From Gekko japonicus (lineage: Eukaryota), in NCBI RefSeq assembly GCF_001447785.1, contig NW_015174844.1:1820548-1884547 (forward strand): DNA of 64,000 bases. The letters are read 5' to 3'. Below, piece after piece: positions 39,211 to 62,718 of this stretch; position 1 is the stretch's first letter; every line of letters begins with the position of its first letter. The position numbers were made by a program, and so were the translations under genes. The notes under the pieces are model-generated. The model made no database searches, was not told the origin of the DNA, and saw nothing but the letters and a program-made list of their open reading frames with translations.

Positions 39211-39740
39211 GTGCAAGATACTGTAATGGATCCTGACTGGACCATCTAACTTTCTCTTTAGCTAATTATGTACACTTTATGTAGCCAGATTCACACTGAC
39301 AGGTGGGTCCGGCTGTTTTCAAGTGTGTACAGGATTGTGCTTGTGCACAGGACTGCAGCCTTCAAAAAGAAGCTCCAAAGGCGTCACTTCTTTGTATCCG
39401 AGGCAGTAAGCCCTCCTGGATTCAGTGCGTCTTACCACTAAGAGTCAACATCCACGGCCTCCCCGCAGTTTACGGTACTGCTGGGCAAGCTTCGTATTTA
39501 CGGTAGCGGGGTGGGTGGGGGGGGAGGGGTGGAGGAGAGGCGCGGCTATATTAAGAGCGCGGCGGAGGCGGGGTGAGCACAGCGGTGCGTGCTCGATCCC
39601 GCGAGGCGCGTTCACCGTCCCTGCCTCGCGAGCCTCGGTGAAAGGATTTGGCGCCCAGGCGGGTCCCTTTCTGCAGCTGCCGCAGCCGCGCGATCCAGCC
39701 ACCTCCGCCCAGACCGCATCGAGTCCCTGCAGCCGTCGCT

Positions 39741-48996
<9,256 letters not shown>

Positions 48997-50030
48997 ATTC
49001 CCAAATAAAATGAACTGATCCATATTTCTCAAAAACCNNNNNNNNNNNNNNNNNNNNNNNNNNNNNNNNNNNNNNNNNNNNNNNNNNNNNNNNNNNNNNN
49101 NNNNNNNNNNNNNNNNNNNNNNNNNNNNNNNNNNNNNNNNNNNNNNNNNNNNNNNNNNNNNNNNNNNNNNNNNNNNNNNNNNAAGAGAACCTCAGCATTG
49201 TGCACGATAAGAGAATGTGTCAGTATTTCAGGGTTCTACATTTTATCTGTAAAATGTGATTTTTTTTTTACCACAACAAAAGTAAAATGTTGCTTTGTAT
49301 CTGGTGTCCTCTTATTAAAGGTTTTTTTTCCTTTTCTCCCCCCTCCCCAATTTCTAAGAAACAGTCGTGAGTCATCAGAACAGAACAGTGAGCAACCAGG
49401 CTTGTTGTGGCCCTTTGACGATTGATATGTAAATAATGCTCATTACACTCCATCTTCCACTCCATCCTCCCTATGCAGTTTCTAGGTATGGAAGAGGGCA
49501 GATAAATCAGAAACCTCCTTTTGGCAATAAACTAGAGTGTTTAGGGTTTTTTAATCATTTGGCAAAAGTTTGGGTAGAGGCAAAGCAAACCTAAGGCTAA
49601 ATAGTGAAGGTGGAGTGTGTATAAACCTGGTTGCATTTGTCTGTGGAGACTCAACTTGTGAAGGTACNNNNNNNNNNNNNNNNNNNNNNNNNNNNNNNNN
49701 NNNNNNNNNNNNNNNNNNNNNNNNNNNNNNNNNNNNNNNNNNNNNNNNNNNNNNNNNNNNNNNNNNNNNNNNNNNNNNNNNNNNNNNNNNNNNNNNAACC
49801 CGTTTCCCCACAAAATACTGTGTATTTAGTGTGCTTGTAGTAGTAAACTCCACCATTTTGTAAACAAATTGTGATTCACCCATTTTATATCTAATTTTTA
49901 ATCATGTTAGTTCTCAAATGGGTGTTTCTCTTTAGCCTGCTGATTACTACTTCTTTAAAGATAGTGGGTGGAGAAATTAACTTTAGACGTTTGTTTGCAA
50001 TAAAATAAAATCATTTTACTCTTGTTTTGG
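48997..50030 (+). other. HNRNPU 3' UTR with candidate polyadenylation signals (AATAAA at 49004, 49526, 49999/50004)
   Basis: Follows the TGA. The doubled AATAAAATAAA at 49999 is followed by a U/GU-rich tract and is the best candidate end. Confidence 0.7.
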
Positions 50031-50479
50031 GATTCTCACCAGATTGGTCTAAAATCCCTTTAATGCCAGAATACACCACTCTAATGAGGGATGTACACAT
50101 AGCATGCATGCCTTCACAATAAAAAAGGAATCGGTTAACATTGTTGCTTCTGTGCTGGAAGCAACTTTGCCTGAATCATATCTCCGCCCCCCCCCCACCC
50201 CCCTGTATAGAAGTCTAGTGAGCTGGAGGGAATTTCAGGAAAACATGGAAATTAGGTTTATCAATCTTCAGTGTCTTATTCTGTAACAGTTTTGTGAAGT
50301 TTGATGGGTGTTCTTCCTATATTGTGCCCTGTGGTCTCAAATTGATAGTGATTTGTGTTACCACAGCAAAGTAAAATCTGAAGTTACAGCTAGGCATATG
50401 AAGCTTCAGTGATGTGCATTTGTCTGGTCTTTGCAGTGGCATGGTAAATGGGTATTATATGTTCTGGGAGATGAGCTGT

Positions 50480-50830
50480 TTAGTTTAAGATACTTGGGCT
50501 AAGAGGGAAAAGAGATCTTGAGGTTGTAGTGCAAAACTTGGTGAAAAGTGTTGGTTCAGTGTATGATACCGGAGGCAATGGCCAATATTGATGTGGCCTC
50601 ACTTGGAATACTCCACAGTTCTGGCTGAGGTTTTTCTTTGTTTGATTTTTGCAGTTAGAAGGTTGAAAAAATTGCAGAAGAGAGCAACCACTACCAGTAA
50701 AGAGTTGGCAGAAAAGGAATGAGGGTCTCTCTTTAGCCTTTTTTTGCTAAATGGGAGATGTAACTTTTATTTTATTATGCATAGCACTGGGAATTTGGGA
50801 GCACCCAATGAAGTTCATGGGAAAATAGTA
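50480..50830 (+). mobile_element. Old CR1 RT 3' fragment
   Basis: CCTCACTTGGAATACT..CAGTTCTGG...CAGAAGAGAGCAACCA, corresponding to the RPHLEY..QFW..QRRAT motif of CR1. Confidence 0.5.
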
Positions 50831-53800
50831 AAAATCATACCTTGCCTCTTGTACAAGTGTGAGCAGGATAGAAAGGAGCAGTTTTCTCCTGATTCTTGCT
50901 ACAGTGGATGGAAAATCCCCCCTCCCCCAGTAATAGAAGCTGGAAGGCTTTGGCCTGCACTCTGTTTGTTGGCCCTCTTAGTTGGCTGTGAAGCAGGATG
51001 ATAAGCTACAGACTACTGGTCTGATGCAGCCAGTGTTTGGATTATGTTAAGAATTAGCTATGTATGTATTTTGTAAATATTGAATAGCCACGGGTGGCAA
51101 CAGTTCTAATTGATTGAGAGGGAATTATCTCATTTACACCCTTTATTCCCAGTGGGGCCCCAAAACCTACTTAGATCTTGCCTATTTTATCCTCACAACA
51201 ACTCTGAGGTACATTAAGCTGAGTGTGTGACTGGCCCAAAATCGCCTAGGAGTTGGGGATTAGTCTGGGTCCTCCTAATCACTTACACTGTGCTGGCTCT
51301 ACTTACTAGGGTTTAAGCATTAGAGGAGTTCCCAAGGAAATACAGGCCTTTAGGTTTTTTGCTATCCACAAATTGCTTATACATCCATGCTTTGGGGCTG
51401 AAGATCTCAACCTTCCATTTGAGAACACTTAAGGTGGCATTATACAGAATCCTCTATGGTGCTTGTCAGATAAATAACTGGACTAATAAAGAACCTGTTC
51501 TATCTAGCATAGTTTGGTCAGGGCTGGGAATTTTGAGTACATGTTACAGTGTGCAGTATATGGAAGAAGTTTTTAATAGTTTGGGATTAGTACCCTGTAT
51601 AGAACAGTTCTTGCTATAGAAAGGACAATTGTACCATATATGATCAACTTTTGCTCTACCTTGTTTGTTTTGATCCAAAGGTTGTATTCTCAGATTTAAA
51701 TATACAGATGGCTGCTAGCAAAGGTGTCTGTATGCATGAGTTCTCACAAACGTCAGCTGATTTACATTTCAGTAGTTAAGGAAAAAGAAAAGCTATCCGT
51801 GTACAATAAGCCTCTTGGAATTCCTCAAATTGCCTAAAGCTACAAGGAAAAGAGTAGGAAAATACTGCTACAGAAAAATAGTTCCTACCGGTACTTGCAA
51901 AACCACCTGTAGTGTTGGACATGTAAATTAGCCCTCAGTTCAACTGCATGCTGTGTGTGGGTACTTGTGAGGTAGTACTTACAAGGAACCCTTGTTCTCA
52001 CATATGCACAGTTTCCCTTCTAATCCCTAAAAAGGTTGCTGGAGATTGTGAGACCTGTTGATTCAAACTTCTTTTAGTTATTTCTGATCTATGGGGAGGA
52101 TTGGAGTACCAGTCAGCTCTCTGGGAGTTAAATGAAGATGCTGGGGAAAGGGGAATGTGAGAGAAATTTGGGAGGTAGGAAAGCTCTCCTATGGGGTTAT
52201 TCAAGTATAACACTAATGTAAGAAATCTGAAGTGGCTCTGATGCTGTTGAAAGCTTCTACCCTAAGATGGGGGTAACTTGCTTGTGATTCTCTGCCCCCT
52301 CCCCCTTTTGGCCACTGGGTTGGGGCAGTTGTGCGGCTTGGCCAGATAAGGTCTTTTCCTGTGCCATAAAGTCTACAATGCTTAATAGATAGGTCTTTGT
52401 GTTGCCCCTTAATGATTTCAGGGGCTAGAACAAAATTCTAATAAAGAGTAAATTACAAAATGGAAGATAATTTGCAGATTCGGTCTTCATTCAGCAGTAA
52501 CCCTCCCCCATGGATAAACTGAAATCTCATTTAATATCCTAGTCTGAATTCATTAGGATGTTTGTGAAATGGAAAAACAGAAGTATAGTATATTTGTTCT
52601 TGTTAGGTAAAGACTAAAGCAAACTACACAGGTAGATGATGACTACTTACTCTTCCCATTATTGAAGAACCATATTTGTATGAGTCATGGAGTTTTTGTA
52701 CAATATACAGCTGTGGACAGAATTCAACTTTGGCCCAAGAAATTTCTGTCTAAAGTTGAGTGCCCTACAGAGTAATGCCTGCCAGAGTCTAAATTTTAAA
52801 ATGGCTTTCAAATTAACTTGTTTCCTTGGGGCAAAAGTTGGAGAGTGCTTAACATGCCTGAATATTTCAAGTTGGGGGGGGGGGGACACAGTGTTGAGGT
52901 GCCCATATAGTAGGAAGCTCCTGTGTCTCAGGTAGCAGTCCGACAGGCATGCTAGATTCACTTCTTACTGCATTTTTAGCTGCCTGGCTTTCATGTACCT
53001 AAACATAATCTGATGGAGGAATCCTATCCAAGACAGAAACTGCAGTAAGCTTGTACCATCAAGGAAGACACCAAGCCTTCAAGCATCTAGCGGCTGACTT
53101 ATAAAACATGTTTTCAAAGGACCTGTTCTTCACATTTAACACTCAAGTTGGTTCAAGAACCAACTGACAGCAGTTGTAATTAACATTGTATATGTGTACA
53201 AACTTAATGTTAGATCAAATCCCATGTTAATAACATTACTGCACACAAATATTTGTGTTGTTGAGCTCTAATATATGATAAAACAAAAAAGAGTCCTGTG
53301 GTAATTTAAATGCTGACAGATAAGCTTTTGTGGGCTAGAGCCTGATATGCCAATATATGCAGCAACTGCAGCTGGAGGATTTTTTAATATGTTGGTGTCT
53401 ACAAGTTAACATTTGGCTAATTAATGTGGGGTTTCTGGTCCGGTGGAAGGAGGCAATGGTATGGTATTGTCATCCTGCCAATGTGTGCCCCCCCCCAATC
53501 TTGAGCAAGAATTAGGACTGCGCATTTCACAGGCAGCAGATCTGTCTTGGTTTTGAATATCTGAGCTTACAGTTGCAAAAATGTATGGTTTTGAAAAGGG
53601 CAAGGGCCTCCTCCCAATTCAAATAATTTTATTAGTTTGTACTTATTTGCATGGAAATGTTTCTGCATGCTACTTTTCACATAGTATTTAATTAAAAGGC
53701 CCATAACTTACATTCGGAATCCAAATATACCATGCACATTATAAATTACTATATCAGATGACAAGTCTAGAATGATTCAGATTTTAGGAAAAAATTAATT

Positions 53801-54030
53801 TGCTTGCAACCATTTCCACTATTCGAACTCCGTGAGCATCTTTTTGTAGCAACAAGGGCAAATGCCTTTAAAAAAGAAAAAGAAATCTGAGCCTCTTGCC
53901 TCTTCAGAACTGAGGGGAGGGTAAGGTTAAATATCAGGAGTGCATATTTCCTACTCATGCTTAAAGTACTTTCTTTGAATTGTGGCCACAGGTCAAGGTA
54001 TTCATTTCATCAAACAGAAGTAGTGCAGGG

Positions 54031-54231
54031 CAATGTTCCCTCTAAGCTGTGGAGTCTTGTGAGCAAAAATTCTAATTTGTGAGCTACCGGCATTAAAGTT
54101 GTGAGTGAGCGATTTGGCTACTGCATTAGTCTGCCCTGGAGCCATCTTTCCTGAGCCAAGACAAAAATGTGTGAGCCGCAGGCTAAAAAAAACCTGTGGG
54201 CTAGCTCACACTCAGCTGAGAGGGAACACTG
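54031..54231. mobile_element. hAT MITE (201 bp)
   Basis: TIRs CAATGTTCCCTCTAAGCTG / CAGCTGAGAGGGAACACTG; perfect 8-bp TSD GTGCAGGG (54023-54030 / 54232-54239). Confidence 0.9.
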
Positions 54232-55379
54232 GTGCAGGGACAAATTCAGCATTTTCTACCACCAATTTAAAAACATAAAAAAACCCACAACAGGTATTCT
54301 ACCAGGTCAATCAGTGTTGTGGTTGGAAAGTGTCTGCTAGTGACGTAATATCAATGGGAAGATGCATGAATTATCTGAAATGAGGCTGAAGCCTGAGGAA
54401 TAGAACTGGTGAAAAACATGACTGGAGAACACGACAGTGATTATTTTAGTGAAGTGCCTTAAATCTCCTAACACATTTAGACATATATTAATACGTTTTG
54501 GTAAATATTTTGGACGGTATTAATCATTTGTAGTTCTGAGCAAAGTATTGCTTCTCGTTTATATTATATCTTGTGACATTTTAGATAATACAAGCACTAT
54601 TTCCATTAGAACCACTGAAGCAAAAGTGATGTGGAAGAACAGTGCTTTGAGATTTTGGGGGGTGGTGGATAAAATATACACGAAACATAATCCAGGAAGT
54701 GTTGCAATTATTTAATTGTGACACACAAAAAATCTATCACTAAAATCAACTTCATTTTAGGAAGTGTTCAGATTTGATTCAATCTTGCCCACAAGTTTTA
54801 CATTTCAAAAGGTCTAATCTGTCTATATTAGTTGCTGAATAAACTTCCCAAACTAATTCACCAGTTTGAGCCATTCTGAGGACATTTTCAGCATCCTCCT
54901 TGGCATGTACTATATTTAACTGGATCTGACTCTCCCCCCACCCCCGAACAAATTAGGTAGATTTAAGGTGCTTTTGATTTGTATACAAGTGTAAAAGTAA
55001 AACACAAATCAACTTTATGATAGTCCTGAGGCAAGAAAATTACTTCCCTTATAGAATGGATCAACAAAGTTTCCAGAAGGAACTGGCAGAGTGAATCTTT
55101 TCCCACCTTCCTCCTCCTCAAGCCACGTGCCAGAAAAAGATATTTTACCTGATTCCCCATTTTTGTTACGTGTTGTACAATGTGTTCGTTTTGCAAAGCT
55201 CTCTCAACCCTAGATGATTTTTCATGGCAAGTAGGCTGCTTGGAAAAGGCTCAGAAAGATACGCTCCAACATCTCTCGTTTCCATTGGATCCAACCCAAT
55301 GTGTTGGCAGCAACCAAGTTCTATTACTTCTCAGATTAGCTTCCATTCCCAACAAATTGTCTGCTGCACAATGACTTTG

Positions 55380-58300
55380 TCAATTACTTCTTTCAGTTCT
55401 TGCTTTTTGCTTCTCTGGATCAAACTCTGTGCCTTCAAACAAAATCTTGTTTTTTATCCCTTTTTGAATCATTCGCTGCTGGAACTTTAGTTTTGCATTA
55501 TTATATCGGCAGTAGAACCTTAAATGAAAAAAGAAGCACAATCCTTTTCCCTGCTTCACAAATACTTAATGGGACAGTATTTAGCTGAACAAGCTAGTAG
55601 TCTAAAAACAGAACAATCAAGCTTCACAATTTTTTTCACTAGGCAACAGGAGTACTCTGAGCTCAAAAGATACATGGCACATCTATTCTGTTTTCAGTTT
55701 GGGCTACTACTGCTAACAGTCAAAAGTCAAGCCTCCTTTCCTGCAGCTTCTGGCCAGCACAAATGTGTGTGGCTAGTACAGGAAGGGGTTCTCCCAAATG
55801 TCTTTAAGGATGTTGCACAAAAGGGCATATCCAAGCCAACCCACCACTCTCTTACGGTCTCCCAATTATTTAAAAATATTGTTTGAGAATAAAAATGTTT
55901 GTATAACAAGATATAAAAATTGCCTTTTGGAATGAGGAAATGGGAAAGAATGCAAAAAGAGTTTTGCTAGTAGCATTAAGGAGAACATTTAGTTAAAATT
56001 CACACACCAATGATTATACTGCATCACCATGTGAATTTAAAAGACCCTGCTGGGCAGCTGGATAGAGCTGTGAGAGGTGAACATTTCCTGGCCTGGAATG
56101 CTGTTGGGAGAATATTGTTGAGAATCCTATGTGTGGCTGTGCTTATATGGGGATGCACTGTGCCCTAATACAGTATCTTGCAGCACTGGACTATTCCAGA
56201 AAAAACCACACATACCAGCATCCTAATGTTGTCAGGATAAAGCCTCCTGCTCCAAAGTGACATGATCGTCTCACTCTACCTGAGGGGAAAAATTCACACA
56301 GCTTGAATATAAGTTTTAAACTCAAGAGTTAGATAATGGCAGGAAAGCAAAGCATACAACCTATGAACATTTTTGGAAGTTTTTATAAATTCATTTGTGA
56401 TACGAAAGCCACTTTAGGTAATCCTGGATATTTATAGTATGGCTATAAGGAAACAAATGAGATCAAATTATAGCACAGAGAGAAGCTTAGCAAAAAAAAA
56501 AAAATGTGTTGGCTAATTTACCCCCAACATCAGATATAAAAAGCACACAAATGTTAAAGTAAAATGCAGGCCGTGTATAATTTACATTCTGGCTGCAAGA
56601 CTTCTGGATTTAGCTGATTGAAATAAACCCACCTTAGCTACTGACTCAACTGCTGAGGTATTATGGAATGTTTATAAACATCTTAACTGCTCAGAGTTTA
56701 AAGAACTTTCAGGGCTGGATCCTAGGCCTCATTCTGTGTGCACAAGTAACATTTCTGCTCATACAAGATGTCACCACTCATCTACTGCAGATCCCCATGC
56801 TACACTCCATGCTGTTTCCAAGAGTCCACCCCACCCCAGGAACTGCACTTTGGGGAGTCCTCCAAGCTGCAGTGGTAACAGCAAGTGTTCCATTCCACAA
56901 GCACTGCTCTATTTGTGCTCATGATCAGCCTCTCAATATAAAAGGTCCAGGGATCAGAATGGGTTATATGCCTCTGCAGGGAAAGAGCCGAGTAGAGAAG
57001 GAAATGGAAAATGCTAATAGTCAACTATTATACTTTATATTCCAGTAGCATGAGGATGGCAAGTGTGAAAGTATTTGCATTCATAAACATGTATATGAGC
57101 AAATGAAGGGAGGGATGGAAAAAGAGAAGGCATTCCCCCCACCCCATTTGTACAAGCTTTCACTTGTACTTACTAGTTGCTAAGAAGTGTCCAAGGCCCA
57201 GAGTTAAAGCACCCAGTGATCCATACAGCACTGATTCCCGAGCACAGGGGATGGTTCCAACATCAAGTATTCCCAGCAGCTTAAAAGACTAAAAAAGTTA
57301 AATATATCAAATCAAAACATCCTCAGAGAATGATGCAATTCAATTACCTAGCCTACTGACCAAAACACCAAAATTCAACAAAAGTGCCAGATTCAATACA
57401 GAAAGCATTCCTGTACCTTTCTTTAATGGCCTTGTAGCAGATACAAACTTTTTTTAGTATTGCGCTCCATTGGGAAAAGCTGTTCCCGCTAAAATTCTCC
57501 CCTCTCGACTTACAGAGAAATCAATTCTAATTCTTTTATGCATCAGCATGGCTTGTTGTTCCACTATTCAATATGTTCTTATTTTAGTTATGTGCCACTG
57601 AATGCTTTTTAATACACAAACAGTGCAGCAGATCGGTTCCACCTGTGGGACTGCAAGAAGCTGCGAGACTAATTTGCCTTCCAGAGTTTGGAGTGTGGAG
57701 ACCAAAAAGAGCTGAACCTGTGCATTTGGAACCAGATGAAAGAGTGAGCAAGAGATTTCTGGAGAACCGTGCTTGGTTTTCCAAGCTGTGGCTGCTCTGC
57801 TTTGGGACAGAAGCCACTATCGATGTAGCACTGCTGCTTCTGTACAGCTATTCTATATCTGCTACAATACTTGTTGAGACATACTTTTGAAAATAAAAAA
57901 TAACAAGTAGGGACCCATGAGACTTCCGGGGGTGGGATTCCATCCTATGTTTAGCCTGGGAAAGAGAAGGCTTAGAGGGGACATGATTGCAGTCTTCAAG
58001 TATTCGAAGGGCTGTCATGTAGAAGACGGAGCAGATCTCTATTGCTCTGGTTTGCAAGACTAGATCGAATGGGTGGAAATCACGAGGGAGTCGTTACCGG
58101 CTAAATATCAGGAGAAACTTCCTAACTGTAAGAGTGGTTGAGCAGTGGAACAGTCTGCCTCGGGAGGTGGTGGATGCTCTTTCGCTGGACGTTTTCAAGT
58201 GGAGGCTGGACGACCATCTTTCGGGTATGTTGTAGGTATGTAGGGCTATCTTTCAGCTATGCTCCTGCAGAGTGCAGGGGGTTGGACTAGATGACCTGCA

Positions 58301-59588
58301 AGGTCCCTTCCAACTCTAACATTCTATGATTCTATGATATCCCTAACCACATGCCAGACAGCTTGCTGCTTCCTCCTCCCCTCATTTCCCCAAGACTTTA
58401 GCCCCACACTCTCCTTGTAAAAGCACATTGTGTACTTTCCACCACATACAGAGAAAAAATAAGAATTTCATTGTTTAGAAATACTGTTGTATTGTTAGAT
58501 AAATACCGAGCCTGATATTTGACTCTGTCAAAGTTCAGAGATTTTTCTTTCTTTTTTTTTAGAACACACTCCCATTACACTGAGAGAGCATAGATGATGT
58601 TCCATACAGAAACCCAAGGCAGTCTGTAATACTGCAGTCAAATTTCTACTCGTTAGATGGCATCTTTTGTTTTCATGCAGCAGAACTAATAATCACCATT
58701 TAAGATTGTGGAAACTAGAGCTCCAGAAACATTTGAAGTTGCCGTAAGACAGCTGTGTCTTGAAGGTACTTACCACCAGCACAGCAATGAATTCCTTTCA
58801 CAGAACTGAGTCCAGTGGCACTTTTAAAACCAACAAAGTTGTATTCTGGGTATAAGCTTTTGTGTGCACATACAAACTCTCTTCTATTGCTTCAGACCAG
58901 CAGGGCTTTTAATAATTTATCCGCCCACACCATAATGAAATTAAACAGGACCATTTTCAGCTCCTTGAACCAAAATGCCACATATCAGGCTGCCCTCTCC
59001 AGCTTTAGCCCCCCCCCCTTTAATTTTTTGCAGTTACACATTTTCCATCCCCTTCAGTCCTCTCCTAAGGTGCCTGATGGCTATTTCAAATATTAGAAAT
59101 GTCTTACATAGATGGCGGTAGGTTTTTTTTCTAATTTGTACTCGTGACTGCAAAGAATCTGAGTTCAGTGGCCACTCCCTGACAATTACCCCTAAGTGTA
59201 AGAGTGGGATGGGTATGTGGAATCAGGTTTGGGTCAAGCCTGGCTTCGGTGTAACGAGATCCGGTTTAAAGAGGAGGAATGGTCTGCGGTAATAGCCACG
59301 ATAGCTGACCGCAACCTCCACGTTCAGAGGCAGTGTATAACAGCTGCTACGGGGGAGAGGGACAGACAGCAGGGACCAAATGACTGTATCAATTATCTAG
59401 CATAACCTTTCCCCACCATCCAATGGCATGTGGGTGAACCCTCCTCTGGCCCTCAAGGCACGCCTGACGATCTTCGTTTGGAGATGTCGCAGCCCTTCCT
59501 AAATACCATGCACGCCAGGTATCAGCGACCGCCACTGCTTCTAGCCCATTACCTTCTTCGGGTCGTCGGGTTCCCCCTCAGCCGCCAT
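55380..59588 (-). CDS. COX20: Cytochrome c oxidase assembly factor COX20 (FAM36A), 4 coding exons, 117 aa
   Basis: Exons (-) 59588-59553, 57288-57174, 56279-56216, 55518-55380 total 354 nt, all GT-AG. Protein MAAEGEPDDPKK-SFKLLGILDVGTIPCARESVLYGSLGALTLGLGHFLATS-RVRRSCHFGAGGFILTTLGCW-FYCRYNNAKLKFQQRMIQKGIKNKILFEGTEFDPEKQKARTERSN. Missed by the ORF track because the exons are short. Confidence 0.96.
57946..58338 (+). mobile_element. CR1 LINE 3' end in COX20 intron 1 (antisense to COX20)
   Basis: FSLGKRRLRGDMIAVFKY motif, GGTCCCTTCCAAC terminal element, (ATTCTATG)2 tail. Confidence 0.92.
58813..58885 (-). mobile_element. Penelope-like pseudo-LTR remnant
   Basis: GTCCAGTGGCACTTTTAAAACCAACAAAG..GGGTATAAGCTTTTGTG parallels 893-950. 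Confidence 0.5.
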
Positions 59589-60130
59589 AACAACAGAGCT
59601 CCAAGCTCCTATCCGCAAGCGACAACCACAGAGCTGGAAGCTGAGGCGCAGAGAGGCCCCACGCTGGAGACAGCCGCTCTACCCCGTCGCCTTTCCCATA
59701 CGTCTTTTTTCTATCGCTGCGGCCCCTCCTTTATCTCTATGGTGTTCTGCGAGAGAGGGCGCCATTTTAGGTCTGGAGAGGAGATTTCGAGAAAGAATCC
59801 TTTGTTCAGTGAGATGGGTCACGGAGCAGTGCGCGCGCTTTGGTTGCGCGCACGGATTCCTCCGTTTCTGAATCCGCCCTGCCGCACCGCTCCTTGCGCG
59901 CCTCCGCTTTCCTGCTCCCGCCATAGGTGTCGTGTCAGACTCTCCATTGCGCGTAGGCGCGGGGAAAGGGTGCTGGGAAGCCGCAGGAGACGTGAGGTAG
60001 CAAAGTGAAAAGTGCGGATAGCGCGCCGCGCGGCGAATTTATGTGTGAAGGAGGCCTGTTAGTGTTGCTTGCTTGGGGCTGCAGTGTCTCAGCAAGCAAG
60101 CAGGCAGGCGTCTTTTTCGCTATCACAAAC
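59450..60130 (-). promoter_or_regulatory. COX20 CpG island/promoter with YY1-type motif (GCGCCATTTT ~59759) and GC-repeat NRF1-like motifs (~59830-59853)
   Basis: CpG-dense region spanning COX20 exon 1. Motif assignments are by eye only. Confidence 0.7.
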
Positions 60131-60254
60131 CTTCACCCGAGAGCCTCCTATAATAATAACCTCCTTCAATAAAATTTAAGAGCCCCCAAATCCATACTTA
60201 TTGTTGCTAGCAAACACAAGTTGTACTTACAGTACCACAGCTAATTAGACCGTC

Positions 60255-60570
60255 TAAGGGTGTTAAGTGTCCTTAAGTCGCTTCTGAGTTACGGCGACCC
60301 TCAGGTCTTGCAAACTGAAGGACGTGGGTTCATTTATCAATCCATTACNNNNNNNNNNNNNNNNNNNNNNNNNNNNNNNNNNNNNNNACTTTTCCTAGCA
60401 TTATCGGCTTTTCCAGCTACTCTTGTCTTCTCATAATATGACCAAAGTAAGATAGCCTCAGTTTGGTCATTTTAGCTTCTATGGAGATTTCGGGCTTGAT
60501 TTGATCTAGACCCCAACTCTCCTCTAATACCATATTTCAAAGCAATCTAATTTTTTTTCCTGTCAGCTGT
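60255..60570 (-). mobile_element. RTE-clade LINE 3' fragment (contains a short N gap)
   Basis: AAGTCGCTTCTGAGTTACGGCGACCCT...TTTCCTAGCATTAT..CTTTTCCAG..TGACCAAAGTA, the typical antisense RTE 3' end. Confidence 0.6.
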
Positions 60571-61833
60571 CTAGTAAATCAAAATACAACTATAATGCAA
60601 CAGAATTTTGGCATTAATGATTTATTGAGCCTTTCACCTATAAATGAATGAAAGGAAGAGAACTAGAGTGTCCCTTGAATTTTTGAAGCTCATGGGGAAG
60701 GGAAGGGGGAGAGAAGTACAGCACAACTTTTTCAATTATGTGCAAAAGTTGATAACAGAAATTCAGTAACATAAATCGAGATTAACAGTTAACCTTGAAC
60801 TTGTTCCTGAGCCCATGTCAGAGACAAAGTCAAACAAATGACTTGTAAATGACTAGGAGAATTTCCAGATGGCAGTTGGAAAGCATTAAAGCAAAAGTTG
60901 TAACCTGAATAGCCCAAACTAGCCTGATGCCGCCAGATCTCAGTAGATAGAACACATATGTCAGTTATAGCTGGCCATTCAGAAAGAAAGGGGAATAATC
61001 TGTCCAAAAAATTATTGGTGGCAGAATCCTGAGCAGATGCTAGTCAGAAGGGGTTCTTTTGCCCCGTTGAGGCTCCTTGAAGGGTCGTTGTTGGGAGTCC
61101 GATCTAGGCTGATGTGCCCCTTGTGGAAGAAGCTGTGAAAAAGACCTCTGGGAAAGATATTGTTGTGGTTGATAGGAGTGCTGGTACCAGTGTGTAGGCT
61201 GTTGATAATAGTACATATATGAATAACACCACTTGTGAGGCCGATGCTGAGCAGAGGTACTCCCCAAAAATGTGCTGTTTGTTTATTTTTCTTAATTTGG
61301 GATGTCTCATCCATCTTGGCAGAGAAAAGGGATGTGCCTTCAAAGGTCAAGTTCTCAACTCATCTCCATTGGTAGAGCTGTTGACCTTAGCCAAGTGAAT
61401 CTCTGCAAGAGGATGGCTGAAGCCATGACCCTTGGCAAAGAGTCAGCCAGATGTCTGCCAACATTAATTTGTTGTTTGCAGAGGCCCACGGCTTCCCCTT
61501 GAATAAGTTTCTTCAACTATTTCATGTCCTCGGGCAGAGTAATAATGTAGGAAGCCATCTTCTTCCATGGAAATATCTGGTATCCTCCCATGATAGCATT
61601 ATAGTTTGTAATCTTAAGGTTTAGAATACACCTTCCTGCTCATCTATCTTTTTCCCTTCCTCGTCTGCAGGGGTGGAGTGTGACCCCTGTCCTTCCTTAA
61701 CTTGCATCTCTTCTGCAACTAGCAAAGATAGGCTGGGTGCATAAATAAAAAGGACACCCCTCTGCTGCACCCCGTACAAGTTTTCCACCTTTTTTGGAAG
61801 TTGCTGGAATGGACGCAGGCTTGTAGAAAGGTT

Positions 61834-62718
61834 CAGGATTCCATCAAGTGGTGGAAAGGCAATGACACCAGGGACATCAGAATATAGCTTAGCCGTCCCC
61901 TGTCTCCAATCCTATTCACTATAGCACTGGAACCCCTGGATGAGATGACACGACAACATCCACAGATTAAAGGTGTAACCTTGGAACAATCTAATTTCAA
62001 AATAAGTCTCTTCACGGACGATATGCTGATTTATCTGACCGATCCAGAAAACTCTGTCCGACACCTTAACAGTTTGCTAGAATCATTCCGCAACATTTCG
62101 GGACTGAAGATAAACCATAATAAATCTTACATGATGCCTCTCAATTTATCTAAGGTGACTGAACGCCAACTCAGTGAATGCCAACTCAGTGGTTTTCAAA
62201 AAGTAACTAAATCTTTACCATATCTTGGGGTCCAAATACCTCGAAATCCGGCAGACTTACTGCTGCTTAATCACATTGCCAAATTCTGAGAAATTAAACA
62301 AGATTTTATTAAGTGGGATCAGATGAACCTGTCACTTATGGACCGGCTACACTTAGTCAAATCCTTTGCGTTTTCGAAGCTGCTTTACTTACTCCGCACT
62401 CTACCTATAGCTATTCCAAACAACCTATTGAAGGAATGGCAAAATGACCTAAACTCATTTTTTTGGAATTACAAGCGTCCTGGGATAAGTTTCCAAGTAA
62501 TTCAACGGAGCAACTCTCAAGGTGGACTGGAATTTCTGGACTTAAAGATCTATCATCAGACGACCTTGTTGACATTCCTTATCAAGATATTGAGAAATGA
62601 AGAACAAGCTGACTGGATTGAGACTATATATCAATTTATTAGACTGACGTTAATGAGAGAGAGAGTCTGGAACAGCTCCAAGGAACGATCCGCAATTCTG
62701 AAACAACATATTTTCTTT
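61834..62718 (+). mobile_element. L1/Tx1-clade LINE ORF2 RT fragment
   Basis: PLSPILFTIALEPL, KISLFTDDMLIYL, SGLKINHNKS, YLGVQI, GGLEFLDLKIY. Confidence 0.85.
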
